From the NCBI GenBank assembly GCA_012512325.1, contig JAAZEL010000061.1, positions 1 to 60,664 on the forward strand: a stretch of DNA of 60,664 nucleotides. Reading direction: 5' to 3'. How positions within the stretch are numbered: the stretch's first letter is position 1; each line of letters begins with the position of its first letter. Below, one piece after another: positions 39,409-49,803 of the stretch. The notes beneath the pieces were generated by a model. It searched no databases. It was not told the origin of the DNA and saw only the letters and a program-made list of their open reading frames with translations. The DNA is from Candidatus Fermentithermobacillaceae bacterium (GTDB taxonomy: Bacteria > Bacillota > Sulfobacillia > Fermentithermobacillales > Fermentithermobacillaceae). A program made the translations under genes and the position numbers.

Positions 39409-40449
39409 TTGACTGAACCAATCCTTTCAGTAAGAGACCTGGTCGTCAAGTTCAGCCTACGGGGCCAAATCTTGACGGCAATAAGAGGAGCATCTTTGGA
39501 CCTGTACCCTGCAGAGACCGTGGCAATCGTCGGAGAATCGGGTTCCGGGAAGAGCGTGTTCACCAAGACATGGCTAGGGATGCTGGATGCTAACGGATGG
39601 GTTGATTCCGGGTCCATCCTTCTTGAAGGCAAGGACCTTGCCAGGTACAGGACGGAACGGGAATGGCTCACCATACGCGGCAAGAAGATCGCCATGGTAT
39701 TCCAAGATCCCATGACCGCATTGAACCCTCTCAGAACCGTGGGGATGCAAATCCAGGAAGTGCTCGAGCTTCATCATGGGATGCGCGGAGAAGAAGCTAA
39801 GGCGAGAACCATAGAGATCTTGGGCGAAGTAGGCATTGACATGCCTGAGGCTCGCTATGACCAGTACCCCCATGAGTTTTCCGGTGGAATGCGTCAAAGG
39901 GTGGTGATAGCAATTGCCGTGGCGTGTAATCCCAAGATCTTGATTTGCGACGAGCCCACAACCGCACTTGACGTGACCATCCAAGCCCAGATTTTGGAGC
40001 TCATCAGGAGCCTCCAGAAGAAGCTGGGCGTTACCCTTGTATATATCACCCACGACCTCGGTGTTGTGGCAAACGTGGCCGACAGGGTAGCTGTGATGTA
40101 CGCGGGCGAGATCATAGAGTACGGCACGGTGGAAGAGATTTTCTACGACCCCAGGCATCCGTACACCTGGGCGCTGCTCTCGTCTCTGCCGCAGTTGGGA
40201 GTCAAGGGACAACCTCTGTACTCCATTGCAGGTACACCGCCTAACTTGTTTACGGAGATCAACGGTGATGCTTTTGCCCCGCGCAATCCGAAGGCGCTGA
40301 AAATCGATTACGTGAAGCGGCCTCCGTTTTTCCAGGTCAGCCCCGCCCATTCTGCCAAGACGTGGCTCTTGGACCCCAGGGCACCCAAGGTAGAGCCGCC
40401 GGAAACCATCAAAGCTCTGCAAGCTAAGTACGAGGGGTATGCGCAATGA
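39409..40449 (+). CDS. oppD: Oligopeptide ABC ATP-binding protein
   Basis: [26 protein letters not shown] and HPYT motifs. Confidence 0.95.
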   Translation: MTEPILSVRDLVVKFSLRGQILTAIRGASLDLYPAETVAIVGESGSGKSVFTKTWLGMLDANGWVDSGSILLEGKDLARYRTEREWLTIRGKKIAMVFQDPMTALNPLRTVGMQIQEVLELHHGMRGEEAKARTIEILGEVGIDMPEARYDQYPHEFSGGMRQRVVIAIAVACNPKILICDEPTTALDVTIQAQILELIRSLQKKLGVTLVYITHDLGVVANVADRVAVMYAGEIIEYGTVEEIFYDPRHPYTWALLSSLPQLGVKGQPLYSIAGTPPNLFTEINGDAFAPRNPKALKIDYVKRPPFFQVSPAHSAKTWLLDPRAPKVEPPETIKALQAKYEGYAQ

Positions 40450-41387
40450 CAAACACTGAACGGGAAGTAATCATAGAACTCAAGAACCTGACGGTCGAGT
40501 TCAAGGGCAAAGGCAGGAAGCCTTTCAAGGCTGTGGACGATGTGTCTTTCAGAATCTATAAAGGCGAGACCTTTGGGCTGGTCGGGGAAACCGGTTCTGG
40601 CAAGACCACCATCGGAAGGGCTATAGTGAGGATTAACCCGCTTGCCGGTGGTGAAATCCTCTTTAAAGGCCGAAGGATAAGTGGGGTTATCCCGAAGGAG
40701 CTTGACCGCGAAGTCACCCGCAAGATACAGATGATATTCCAGGACCCCATGGCTTCCCTGAACGAGCGGGCGAAAGTCGACTACATCGTATCAGAGGGGC
40801 TTTACAACATAGGCGGGTTCAAGGACGAACAGGACAGGGTGGCAAAGGTGTCCAGAGCCCTATTAGAAGTGGGCCTGTTGCCTGAGTTCGCCTCCCGTTT
40901 CCCCCACGAGTTCTCCGGAGGCCAGAGGCAGCGAATAGGCATAGCCCGCGCTCTGATTATGGAGCCGGAGTTCATCGTGTGCGACGAGCCCATATCTTCC
41001 TTGGACGTGTCCATTAGGGCACAAGTGCTTAACCTGATGTCTGATCTCCAGAAAACCAAGGGGTTAACATACCTGTTTATCTCCCACGATCTTTCGGTGG
41101 TGCGCTTTATCGCTGACCGCGTAGGAGTCATCTACAAGGGCAAACTTGTGGAGTTGGCTGAAACCGAAGAGCTTTTCGAACATCCCTACCATCCGTACAC
41201 AAGGGCGCTGCTCTCAGCGATTCCCATTCCGGACCCACGTCTGGAGAAGAAAAAGAAGGTACTGGTCTACGACCCCAGCTGTCATGATTATTCACAGGAC
41301 AAGCCAAGGTGGGTGGAGATCACTCCAGGCCATTTTGTGCTTGCTAATGAAGCGGAAATCAGACAGTATCAGGCAATGGCCGGATGA
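40446..41387 (+). CDS. oppF: Oligopeptide ABC ATP-binding protein
   Basis: [25 protein letters not shown] and HPYT motifs. Confidence 0.95.
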   Translation: MTNTEREVIIELKNLTVEFKGKGRKPFKAVDDVSFRIYKGETFGLVGETGSGKTTIGRAIVRINPLAGGEILFKGRRISGVIPKELDREVTRKIQMIFQDPMASLNERAKVDYIVSEGLYNIGGFKDEQDRVAKVSRALLEVGLLPEFASRFPHEFSGGQRQRIGIARALIMEPEFIVCDEPISSLDVSIRAQVLNLMSDLQKTKGLTYLFISHDLSVVRFIADRVGVIYKGKLVELAETEELFEHPYHPYTRALLSAIPIPDPRLEKKKKVLVYDPSCHDYSQDKPRWVEITPGHFVLANEAEIRQYQAMAG

Positions 41388-41464
41388 GGCAGGCTATCGC
41401 CGGCTTTCCGAACCGGGGCGTGCAACTGCAAGATACGGTTGTACGCCCTTTCATTCGCGGGGTG

Positions 41465-41989
41465 TCAGAAATAAAAGCTGGCACCTATACCTAACCAGTG
41501 GTAGAGCACAGTAGCCAGGATGGCAAGCTGGCAAGCCGACCAAAGCAGGATTCTGATGGCCCTCCCATGTGAGAAGGGCGACTTCCTGTCACCGTCCGGC
41601 CCTGGTTCGCCGCCCATGACCTCCCCCTGTTCGGCTTCTGCCTTGAATATAAAGCCTGCTTCGTCCCGCAAGTAACGGAGTTCCTTGCCCGATGCCTTGT
41701 CTTCTGGAAGGTCTCTGGCTAATTCGCTCTCATAGTGTCCAAGCACATTACCGGAAGGCCTTCTCCGCCCAAACCACGCAAAGGCCCCTTCATGCCTTAA
41801 GTAGATGAACCAGGCGACGGTCACATAGAAGACCATGCATATTGGGAGGAGCTGTGCCATGTAATACATGTTCTCAAATCCCCATCTTGCCAAAGCAAAA
41901 GAAACCAGCACTGCAAAGCTCGTAGGAAACAGCGCGTACACAAACGTTTGAACTGCGTTCCGACCTTTCACAGGCAAATTCCCCTTCAA
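41465..41989 (-). CDS. Hypothetical membrane protein (about 3 TM)
   Basis: 174-aa ORF directly downstream of nagA on the same strand, with hydrophobic N- and C-terminal segments. Confidence 0.55.
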   Translation of the reverse strand: MKGNLPVKGRNAVQTFVYALFPTSFAVLVSFALARWGFENMYYMAQLLPICMVFYVTVAWFIYLRHEGAFAWFGRRRPSGNVLGHYESELARDLPEDKASGKELRYLRDEAGFIFKAEAEQGEVMGGEPGPDGDRKSPFSHGRAIRILLWSACQLAILATVLYHWLGIGASFYF

Positions 41990-41997
41990 GTTAGATA

Positions 41998-43266
41998 CTA
42001 GTCCTTCTGGTTGGCAACCTCAACAATGTTGCCTCCAACCATGGTGAACACCACGTCAAACTCCTTGTCCAGCACGACAAGGTCTGCATCCTTTCCCGGT
42101 GTCAGGGAACCTTTGCATTCCGAAACCCCCGCCACTGTCGCCGGATTGGCGGTAGCCATGGGAATTATGTCCTCCAGGGATCTACGGGTCCAGCGGATCA
42201 GGTTTTTGACGCCGTCCAACAGGGTTGCGGTGCTGCCGGCAAGGGTCCCGTCTGCCAAGTACGCCCTTCCCTGTCGGTGTACGGTGATCTCATGTCCAAG
42301 GGAACTATAGCAACCCGGAGGCAAGCCTGCAGGAGCCAATGCGTCAGATACAAGGTATATCCGATCAGGGCCTTTGCAAGCTACTACCACCAACACAGCA
42401 GCTGGGTGAACGTGAACACCGTCGCATATGACTTCTGCCCAGATCCGCGGGTCTGTTAGGACGGCACCTACGACACCCGGTTCCCGATGGTGGAACCCCC
42501 TCATAGCATTATACACATGGGTGGCTGCGGTCACACCCCAACCAACGGCGTCTATCGCTTGTTGATAATCGGCCATTGTATGGCCTGCGGCGACGCATAC
42601 ACCCTCGCCCGCCAGGAACGAGATAAGTTCCTGTGCTCCTGGAAGCTCCGGGGCAACGGTGACGTGTTTGATGGCCCCCTCGCCGAGTTCCATCCACCGT
42701 GCCATAAGCTCAACGGATGGCTCAAGCAGATGGGCCTGGGCCATGGCACCCCTCTTGTCGGGATTGAGAAAAGGCCCTTCCAAATGTAACCCTAGGATCT
42801 GGGCGCCTCCTAATGCCTTACAAGGCTTAGCATCGTCGACAGCATAGTCACGGCGCGTGGACGTCAATCTGCTTACACACGCTATAACTTGTTCAGTTAG
42901 ATCTACGGGCATGGCACCTACAGTTGGCAAGAAAGACGTAACCCCGGTCTTGGCCAAGTGCCTCGCCATGGAAGCTATCTCTTCAGGATCAGGCGACGCT
43001 ACGTCGAAGCCGAAAAAGCCGTGTATATGAAGATCGATAAGCCCGGGGATGACTGCATTATGCCCGACGTCTATGATCCGCGAGCCGGACATATGCTTCG
43101 GGGGCGTTCCCTCTGCCGTTTCCGCGATCCGACCGGCCGACACCCTGATGTAGCCGGCAAAGGGCGGAGCATCACCCGGGTATATATGCTCGGAAACGAT
43201 GATTACATCCGACGGATCCTGACAGCCCAGCCCATTCCCGTAAACATCATGGCGCGGTCGTCTCAC
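41998..43266 (-). CDS. nagA: N-acetylglucosamine-6-phosphate deacetylase
   Basis: PGLIDLHIHG, LHLEGPF, VAPE, GHT, THVYNAM, DGVHVHP and LAGS motifs. Confidence 0.94.
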   Translation of the reverse strand: MRRPRHDVYGNGLGCQDPSDVIIVSEHIYPGDAPPFAGYIRVSAGRIAETAEGTPPKHMSGSRIIDVGHNAVIPGLIDLHIHGFFGFDVASPDPEEIASMARHLAKTGVTSFLPTVGAMPVDLTEQVIACVSRLTSTRRDYAVDDAKPCKALGGAQILGLHLEGPFLNPDKRGAMAQAHLLEPSVELMARWMELGEGAIKHVTVAPELPGAQELISFLAGEGVCVAAGHTMADYQQAIDAVGWGVTAATHVYNAMRGFHHREPGVVGAVLTDPRIWAEVICDGVHVHPAAVLVVVACKGPDRIYLVSDALAPAGLPPGCYSSLGHEITVHRQGRAYLADGTLAGSTATLLDGVKNLIRWTRRSLEDIIPMATANPATVAGVSECKGSLTPGKDADLVVLDKEFDVVFTMVGGNIVEVANQKD

Positions 43267-43865
43267 GACAAATCCCTCCCCGAACCTACTTGTACCTTGC
43301 TTTGTGGAATCTTGCTCCTACCGCCGTGGGAGTACTTGCGGTGCTCACTCCGAGACTCGGCAAGAAACAAGCTTGCAACTATAGCTACACATATTCTGAT
43401 CAAGAATGCAAGGTCAAGAGCTGATGTCATTCCTCCCATTACCCGGTATAGGGACACTCCCACCACAGGCTAAACTACGATGTAGGCTGTTGCCTGTTGT
43501 CATAACGGTCAATCAGGACCGCAGATGGCACCTGAGCCAAAAAGTTTACCAGGCTGGAAGGGAGGTGAGCAGCCCTACCATATAGTCTGAAGCACCCAAC
43601 TGCACGGCAAAGGCGCCCCAGAAAGGTCCGCTTCCGCTCTACGCTTGCTTGCCGCCAACTCATGCAAACCTAAGATGCCATTCTACAACGGTCAGAATTG
43701 TCCTGCTCTTGCATGACACACACAGCGTCGAGAGGCTGCAGCCACCTGCTTGAGTCCCATGCGTAACCCCCTCGATCTGGTAGCCCCATGGGATTGTCTC
43801 GGGATTTGCTTTCCGCGCCTGAAGTAGTGGTACAATATAACATAGCGTAATCCGGAGGAATCTGT

Positions 43866-44402
43866 ATGCGGACAACCGTACATGACAAGCCATATCAGCA
43901 TAATGTCCCGTTCAGGCCATTTACTGAACTCACATGGCAATTGGTGGCATCAATGCTGTACAAGGGCGAAGCCACGCCTGAAGAAATCGCATCGCTGCTT
44001 AACAGGGATGTGGACGACCTAATGCGCCGGGTTCAAGAGGCGTATGACTCTGGGCACCTGCAAAAGGTCATACGCAGCCTCCCCGATGATGTACCCGAAC
44101 AAAACTACCGCGAGTTTGCTGCAAGGATGCTGGCAGACACATACAAAGGCGCAATCAGGACCAACAAGAAGCGGAAGCAGACGGTAAAGGCATGCGCGGC
44201 GGCGGTAAAGACGGCAAAAGAGAAAAAGAACTTCATCGATTCAGACTGGGCGGAAGTCCTGTGCGCAACCGCAAATATTGATTACCAAGCTTACAGGGAG
44301 AAAATAGAGGGGCAACTGAGCAAGTTCTGGCAGCACGCGGATTGCCCTTTGGCCAGGAAAGCTCCACAGTGGTTGGAAGCGGACGCCCGATCGCAAGAGT
44401 GA
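43866..44402 (+). CDS. Hypothetical protein with a possible N-terminal HTH-like segment
   Basis: 178-aa ORF with a GGAGG SD and an extended -10 TGGTACAAT at 43828-43836. Confidence 0.65.
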   Translation: MRTTVHDKPYQHNVPFRPFTELTWQLVASMLYKGEATPEEIASLLNRDVDDLMRRVQEAYDSGHLQKVIRSLPDDVPEQNYREFAARMLADTYKGAIRTNKKRKQTVKACAAAVKTAKEKKNFIDSDWAEVLCATANIDYQAYREKIEGQLSKFWQHADCPLARKAPQWLEADARSQE

Positions 44403-44441
44403 CTTCAGGTTCTTCGAGTTTACCTGGCTCAGCAAGGCCCT

Positions 44442-45485
44442 TCATCCGGAGAACCTGTCTGCATAAGCCCTTCCTATCTCCAAGGGAGAAAAGATGCCTC
44501 TGTCTGTCGCGATGGCTCCAATCAAGGTAGGCGGGGTTATGTCAAATGCAGGGTAGTAGCCCTGCACACCCGGGGCTCCGGTACGCACCCCTCTGCAATA
44601 TAAGACTTCTTCAGGATCCCTCTCTTCGATTTCAACGTCTTGGGCTCGCGAAGTCTTGGTCTGGGGGCCGTCATATCCCAGCACTATGAAAGGAATCCTG
44701 TGGTAATTTGCACAGATGGCGTACTGGTAAGTGCCCACCTTGTTGGCAATGTGCCCATCCATGGTAATCCTGTCGCAAGCCGTAATGAACTTGTGTATCT
44801 TGCCCTGGGCCATGAGAAACGCGCCCATATTGTCGGTCACAACGGTGACAGGGATCCCGAGCTTGTGTACTGAAGCAGCGGTCAACCTTGCACCTTGCAG
44901 GTAAGGCCTGGTTTCGCTGCAATACACCCTCGCGTGCTTTCCCTGCTGCCTTGCGTAGTCAAGCATGTACAGGAGGGCGCCTCCTGGGTAGCAATGGGTC
45001 AAAATGCCGTCCCCATCATCTATCATGTACGATGCGTACATTCCGCATTTCCTGGTGAGTTCGTCATCTTCTTCCATAAGCCGAACGGTCGTGTTGACTA
45101 CGGCAAGCGCAGGGTCTGAACCCGTCTCGTGAGTTTCAACGGCAAGATCAAACATCTTGTCAACCAAAGGAACCAGATATTCGCCTGTTGGCCGGGTAGC
45201 CTTCAGTCTCTTAGCCGCTTGGGCCAATTTGCGCTTGAACTCGGCGTTGGGCAGGCCGGCGCAGCAATGGGCGGCAAGGGCTAACCCGAAGCACGCGGCA
45301 AAAGCCACGCTCCCCGCCCCCTGGATTACCATGTCTTCTATGGCAGAAGCCACTTGTTCGTATGTGGAATACCGTTGCCACACTTCTCGTTCAGGAAACT
45401 CACGTCTGTCAAGCATCAGCACACGGTTGTCCTCATATTTCAGGGTGTTTGACGTGCGGATCAACAGAGCATCATCCAAGCCCAT
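44442..45485 (-). CDS. mtnA: Methylthioribose-1-phosphate isomerase (MtnA/eIF2B-like) family
   Basis: ATRPT, ILTHC, ETRPYLQGARLTA, DRITMDGHIANKVGT and PAFDITP motifs. Confidence 0.8.
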   Translation of the reverse strand: MGLDDALLIRTSNTLKYEDNRVLMLDRREFPEREVWQRYSTYEQVASAIEDMVIQGAGSVAFAACFGLALAAHCCAGLPNAEFKRKLAQAAKRLKATRPTGEYLVPLVDKMFDLAVETHETGSDPALAVVNTTVRLMEEDDELTRKCGMYASYMIDDGDGILTHCYPGGALLYMLDYARQQGKHARVYCSETRPYLQGARLTAASVHKLGIPVTVVTDNMGAFLMAQGKIHKFITACDRITMDGHIANKVGTYQYAICANYHRIPFIVLGYDGPQTKTSRAQDVEIEERDPEEVLYCRGVRTGAPGVQGYYPAFDITPPTLIGAIATDRGIFSPLEIGRAYADRFSG

Positions 45486-45594
45486 TCCCTATCCCCCTTG
45501 CGCTTGTGACTGATATACTCAATTCCGGCATACCGAAGTAAAACCCTCTCTTCTGTTCCCTGTCAACAACACCGGTTGAGTCACCGGGCACTGT

Positions 45595-46197
45595 CTATCC
45601 CTTCAGCACAGGCGATAAGCGTTTGTAAACCAACACCGCCACCACAGATGCAGCCAGGCCTTTCAGCAAGTTGAACGGTACTATGGAAAACAGGAGCAAG
45701 GCTGTGTAATCCGCCACCAGCCCGTTGCCCGCGCTTGCCAGGCTTACCAACGTATCTCTGTCTATGCCGAAGACCTTGCCGTACAGCGGAAACATCACAA
45801 AGTGGTTGTTGAGGGTCGCAAACACGGTCATTGAAATCACTCCTAACCCCAACCCTAACAGCGCACCTTTGAATGTCCGGTTTCTCTTGTAGACCCAACC
45901 GGCGGTATATGCCATGACACTGCCCACCAGAAAATTGGTAAGCTCCCCGATTCCATTGGTGACGGTACCTTCAACCACCACATTGAGGAGATTCTTGATA
46001 AGCGGTACCCATATACCCGTCACCGGGCCCATGGCGAAAGCACCTAGCAATGACGGTACGTCAGCGATATCCAGTTTCAAGAACGGAAGGGTGAACCACA
46101 CAGGCGTCTTGAAGAAGGTGAGTACGAAAGAAATCACGCCAAGCACCGAGATCTTAACCAGAGTGTGTACCGTCCAAACTTGTTTTTCCCGAGTCAT
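45595..46197 (-). CDS. ribU: ECF S-component, riboflavin transporter RibU
   Basis: FLKLDIADVPSLLGAFAMGP and GIGELTNF motifs; lies downstream of an FMN riboswitch. Confidence 0.9.
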   Translation of the reverse strand: MTREKQVWTVHTLVKISVLGVISFVLTFFKTPVWFTLPFLKLDIADVPSLLGAFAMGPVTGIWVPLIKNLLNVVVEGTVTNGIGELTNFLVGSVMAYTAGWVYKRNRTFKGALLGLGLGVISMTVFATLNNHFVMFPLYGKVFGIDRDTLVSLASAGNGLVADYTALLLFSIVPFNLLKGLAASVVAVLVYKRLSPVLKG

Positions 46198-46237
46198 ATT
46201 TTTCCGTCCTCCCCCGTTGTTTTGAGCCTCGCCCAAG

Positions 46238-46268
46238 AAAAAAACCCCGAAGACGAATCTTCGGGGTT
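46238..46268 (-). terminator. FMN riboswitch expression-platform terminator
   Basis: CCCCGAAGA/TCTTCGGGG stem with a 7-T run on the minus strand. Confidence 0.85.
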
Positions 46269-46290
46269 GTTAATGCCCAGATAACCTCTT

Positions 46291-46406
46291 GTATCTTCTC
46301 CCATCCAGACTGTTACCGTCGGCCCTGGAATTCCACCAGGTCAACCGGTTTTTCGGCTCGCGGGCTTTTACCGCCGGTGAGGAATTGCACCTCGCCCCGA
46401 AGATAC
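46291..46406 (-). ncRNA. FMN riboswitch (RFN element)
   Basis: Minus strand GTATCTTCGGGGCGAGGTGCAATTCCTCACCGGCGGTAAAAGCCCGCGAGC...GGAATTCCAGGGCCGACGGTAACAGTCTGGATGGGAGAAGATAC. Confidence 0.97.
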
Positions 46407-46454
46407 ATCCATCCTTATCATTGTGAGCTTACATGCACCCGGAAGTCAAGGGCA

Positions 46455-47882
46455 TTATCGGGCCAACGGCACGCTCACGAGACTGTACTCGGCCCCGTCT
46501 TTCATGTCTATCAGGTAGATTTCCAAGTCCATGGGCTCAGCTGAGTCCAGCAGACGGGCATCGATGCACAGCCCAAAAGCTCCCCATCCCAGGCCGTTAG
46601 TTGCCGCGGTGCAGTTCTCCGGAATCACATCAACTCCTGATGCAGTCCTGACCCTCCAGTTGACGTTGGCCTCAAACGCGGTTGCAAATCCCACGGCAAA
46701 CACATGGGAACCGTCCCACCTAAACCCGGGTTTCGGACCTACAAGAAGTACCCGATCTCCCTGAACCCCCTGCATTCGCGTGAGGATGGCACAAGCCTCG
46801 GCCCTGGTGAGGGTAGCCTTAGGCTGGAAAGTGCCGTCAGGATAGCCTTGGACGAATCCCCGTTTAGCGCATTCTCTTACCGCCTCCACATACTTGTCCT
46901 GAATCTCGGCTTCATCCTTGAATCCCAATACCGTCTGCTTGGCCTCAATGACCAAGTCGGGGTGATTTGCCAGGTAAACATCTGAAGCCTTAACCAGCAA
47001 GTAGCATGCTTCTTCCCTGGACAGAAGTTCGTCCGGGCCAAAGCTATTGCCGTAATCCTGGACGGAAATGAGTCCTGCATCAAGTGCCCTCTGGACGTAA
47101 TTATGGCACCAGTGGGCTTCCACATCGTCAAAGGGAGGCGGTTCCTGAGCTCCACCTGAATGCGGCAACCTGGCTGCCTCCACCAGCATCTTCAGGAATT
47201 CAGCACGGGTCAGGATCCCATGCGGCTGGAAGGTCCCATCGGGGTAACCGCTGACAATATCTGAAATCTGGAGTATGGAGATTGCTCCTCCTCCCCAGTG
47301 CTGTGCGGCGTCGGGGAACGTTATAAATCGACGGATGTCGCTTTGGTCCTTGCCGAGGGGTTGTGAAGTATCCACATGCCCCGCCAAGGTCTCGGCGGCC
47401 TCTCCGTCAATGAGAATTCTCACCGAATCTATGTGATCGAACTGACACAGGGTCTCAACCATCGCATAGAGCAAGGCCATTTCCCCAGCCGCGCCCACTG
47501 AAACGCCCCTGATATCACCTGAGAAATCCACCGTACATACGCCGTGTTCCACGGTAATGTCGAGTACTTCGGTTTGCTTGGGCAGGGAGACAACCATCAT
47601 TCCCGAAGCCTTGGCAATATAGTCCGGCAAGCCTGCAATGAAAGCCTCTATCGCTTCCCTGGCAGGGTCCGTCGTTGCCGGCACAATGTACTCAACGGGC
47701 AAGAGATACACATCGGTAACGAGGCTCAAGGGGAAGTAGACGAAGAACCTTGATATGTCCGGGGCGGACCAAGCCACACGGTCAAACGCTGACAACATGG
47801 GTGTTGCGATGAACACAAAGGCGAGAAAAGCAGCTGCAACTGTTCTCAGAAGGCCGACATATCTCATGCTGACATCTTTCAC
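46455..47882 (-). CDS. Exported protein with GerMN, three SLH and Gmad2-like domains
   Basis: N-terminal TM; VYFP...AIEAFIAG...CTVDFS...ETLCQFDHIDSVRILIDGE; SLH motif GYPDGTFQP...LTRAE; C-terminal GFATAFEANVNWRV. Confidence 0.82.
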   Translation of the reverse strand: MKDVSMRYVGLLRTVAAAFLAFVFIATPMLSAFDRVAWSAPDISRFFVYFPLSLVTDVYLLPVEYIVPATTDPAREAIEAFIAGLPDYIAKASGMMVVSLPKQTEVLDITVEHGVCTVDFSGDIRGVSVGAAGEMALLYAMVETLCQFDHIDSVRILIDGEAAETLAGHVDTSQPLGKDQSDIRRFITFPDAAQHWGGGAISILQISDIVSGYPDGTFQPHGILTRAEFLKMLVEAARLPHSGGAQEPPPFDDVEAHWCHNYVQRALDAGLISVQDYGNSFGPDELLSREEACYLLVKASDVYLANHPDLVIEAKQTVLGFKDEAEIQDKYVEAVRECAKRGFVQGYPDGTFQPKATLTRAEACAILTRMQGVQGDRVLLVGPKPGFRWDGSHVFAVGFATAFEANVNWRVRTASGVDVIPENCTAATNGLGWGAFGLCIDARLLDSAEPMDLEIYLIDMKDGAEYSLVSVPLAR

Positions 47883-48087
47883 ATAAGACACCTCCATACG
47901 AAGACTTTGCGGTACATGGGTATTAAGCTGTTCGGTCACCGCCGGCTGTCCACAACCGGCGCATCGAAACAACTTTATCCGTCGAACTATACCACGATAC
48001 CGGACCCGTACAAGTTCCTGTGCATGCCAAGTGATTTTGCTGCAGACCCTTTACTTTCCTGCCGTAACCTGATATATTCTTCGAAAG

Positions 48088-48352
48088 CCAATGATGGGGA
48101 CAGGTAACCCGCTGTAAGGCCCAGAGAGTCGCCGGCCGGTGAAAGGCGATGCCACAAAGCGGGTGATAGCACCCTTGAGGCGTCGGCACAAAGGGCAGTG
48201 CGTTAACGCCACAGCCTGAGTATGCTGGACCGGCTCCCTCCGTTATCCGGGATAGAGGCTTTGGGTATGCCAGCTCAGTGGCAGACCCAGGGCAAACCAA
48301 GGTGGCACCGCGGGCAGGCGTGTCTCGTCCTTGAGACGGCCTGCCTTTTTGT
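48088..48352 (+). ncRNA. T-box riboswitch, Ser (specifier AGC)
   Basis: Stem I with AG box (CAGAGAG) and GGTGAAA loop; specifier AGC at 48168-48170; T-box AAGGTGGCACCGCG at 48299-48312; terminator GGCAGGC...GCCTGCC plus T-run. Confidence 0.92.
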
Positions 48353-48376
48353 ATGATTACTGAGGGGGGTTCAAAT

Positions 48377-49645
48377 ATGTTCGATGTGGCATTAATCCGT
48401 AATGACCGCAAGGCTGTCGAGGAGATGCTGGCCAAACGGAACACAGACGCACCGCTGGATACCATCCTCTCCCTTGACGACAAGAGGCTGGAGCTCGTCA
48501 GACACATTAACACCCTGCGCGAGCAAAGAAACAAGGTTACAGAGCAGATCCCGGCCTGCCAAGATCCTGAAGAGAAACAATCCCTAATAGGGTCTAACCG
48601 CAAACTCCGCCAGCAGATCCTGGGCTTGGAAGAAGAGCTACGTGGCGTAGAACATGAGCTGCGAGAGTTGATCCTCAGAGTACCGAACATGATAGCACCT
48701 GACGTGCCCTACGGCGAAGACGAATCGGGCAATGTGGAAATCAAGAGATGGGGCGAACCCAGGGATTTCGGTTTTGAGCCCTTGGACCACGCTGAACTAG
48801 GAGCCCGTCTGGGGCTTATAGACATTCCCAGAGCGACGAAAATCATGGGGTCCAGGAGCTATGTGCTTACAGGCGACGCCGTTTACCTTGAGTTCGCCTT
48901 GGTAAGGTTTGCCCTTGACCTGCTGTCAGCGGAAGGGTTTACCCCGGTGATCCCGCCTGTGTTAGCCAAGGAAGAAGTGCTGGTGGGAACCAGACATTAT
49001 CCCTTCTTCAGAGATCAGGTATATAGAATCGAAGGGGAAAACCTAGGGCTGGTGGGGACGTCTGAGATTCCCTTGGCTGCACTGCACAAAGATGAAATCC
49101 TGTCAGAGGAACAGCTGCCCATCAAGTACGCAGGGTTTTCGTCGTGCTTCAGGACCGAGGTGGGTAGCGGCGGCAGGGACATCAGGGGACTCATCCGGGT
49201 CCACCAGTTCGACAAGGTTGAGATGTTCGTATTCTCGGAGCCGTCCAGGTCTGACGAGATGCACGAGTATATGCTCTCACTGGAAGAACGAATCTACCAG
49301 TCACTCAACATACCCTACCGGATAATGAAAATGTGTTCCGGGGACCTGGGTCCTATCGCTTACAAGAAGTATGACATCGAGTTCTGGCACCCGTCAGAGC
49401 GTGTATACCGGGAAATCACATCGTGCAGCAACTGTACTGACTTCCAGGCAAGGGGACTAAACATAAGATGCCGCCCTCAAGGCGGGGGTAAGCCCCAGTT
49501 CGTACACACATTGAACGGAACGGCCATTGCCATAGGCAGAACCCTGGTTGCCATCCTTGAAAACTATCAGGAAGAGGACGGGAGCATTACCGTGCCTGAA
49601 GTGCTGCGGCCGCACATGCCCGGCAATAAGGCACGGATTGGGTGA
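48377..49645 (+). CDS. serS: Seryl-tRNA synthetase
   Basis: VGTSEIPL, CFRTEVG, GLIRVHQFDKVE, EITSCSNCTDFQAR and HTLNGT motifs. Confidence 0.97.
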   Translation: MFDVALIRNDRKAVEEMLAKRNTDAPLDTILSLDDKRLELVRHINTLREQRNKVTEQIPACQDPEEKQSLIGSNRKLRQQILGLEEELRGVEHELRELILRVPNMIAPDVPYGEDESGNVEIKRWGEPRDFGFEPLDHAELGARLGLIDIPRATKIMGSRSYVLTGDAVYLEFALVRFALDLLSAEGFTPVIPPVLAKEEVLVGTRHYPFFRDQVYRIEGENLGLVGTSEIPLAALHKDEILSEEQLPIKYAGFSSCFRTEVGSGGRDIRGLIRVHQFDKVEMFVFSEPSRSDEMHEYMLSLEERIYQSLNIPYRIMKMCSGDLGPIAYKKYDIEFWHPSERVYREITSCSNCTDFQARGLNIRCRPQGGGKPQFVHTLNGTAIAIGRTLVAILENYQEEDGSITVPEVLRPHMPGNKARIG

Positions 49646-49803
49646 GACATCCACGGCTTCGGCAATGAGCCTGCAGTTTATCGAGATAGCCTTAGGGGAG
49701 ATGTCCGGCCAACACAAGCCCGGATAAACCGAAAGCGGCCTCAGGTGCCATATCATCACGTCAAGAGGCATCTGGGCCGCCTATGCTCTCCCCTTTTTCG
49801 GCC

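Noticed and set aside
43263-43466. Small ORF with faint MgtC-like N-terminus upstream of nagA
   Set aside because: The similarity is too short and the start is unclear; not supportable.
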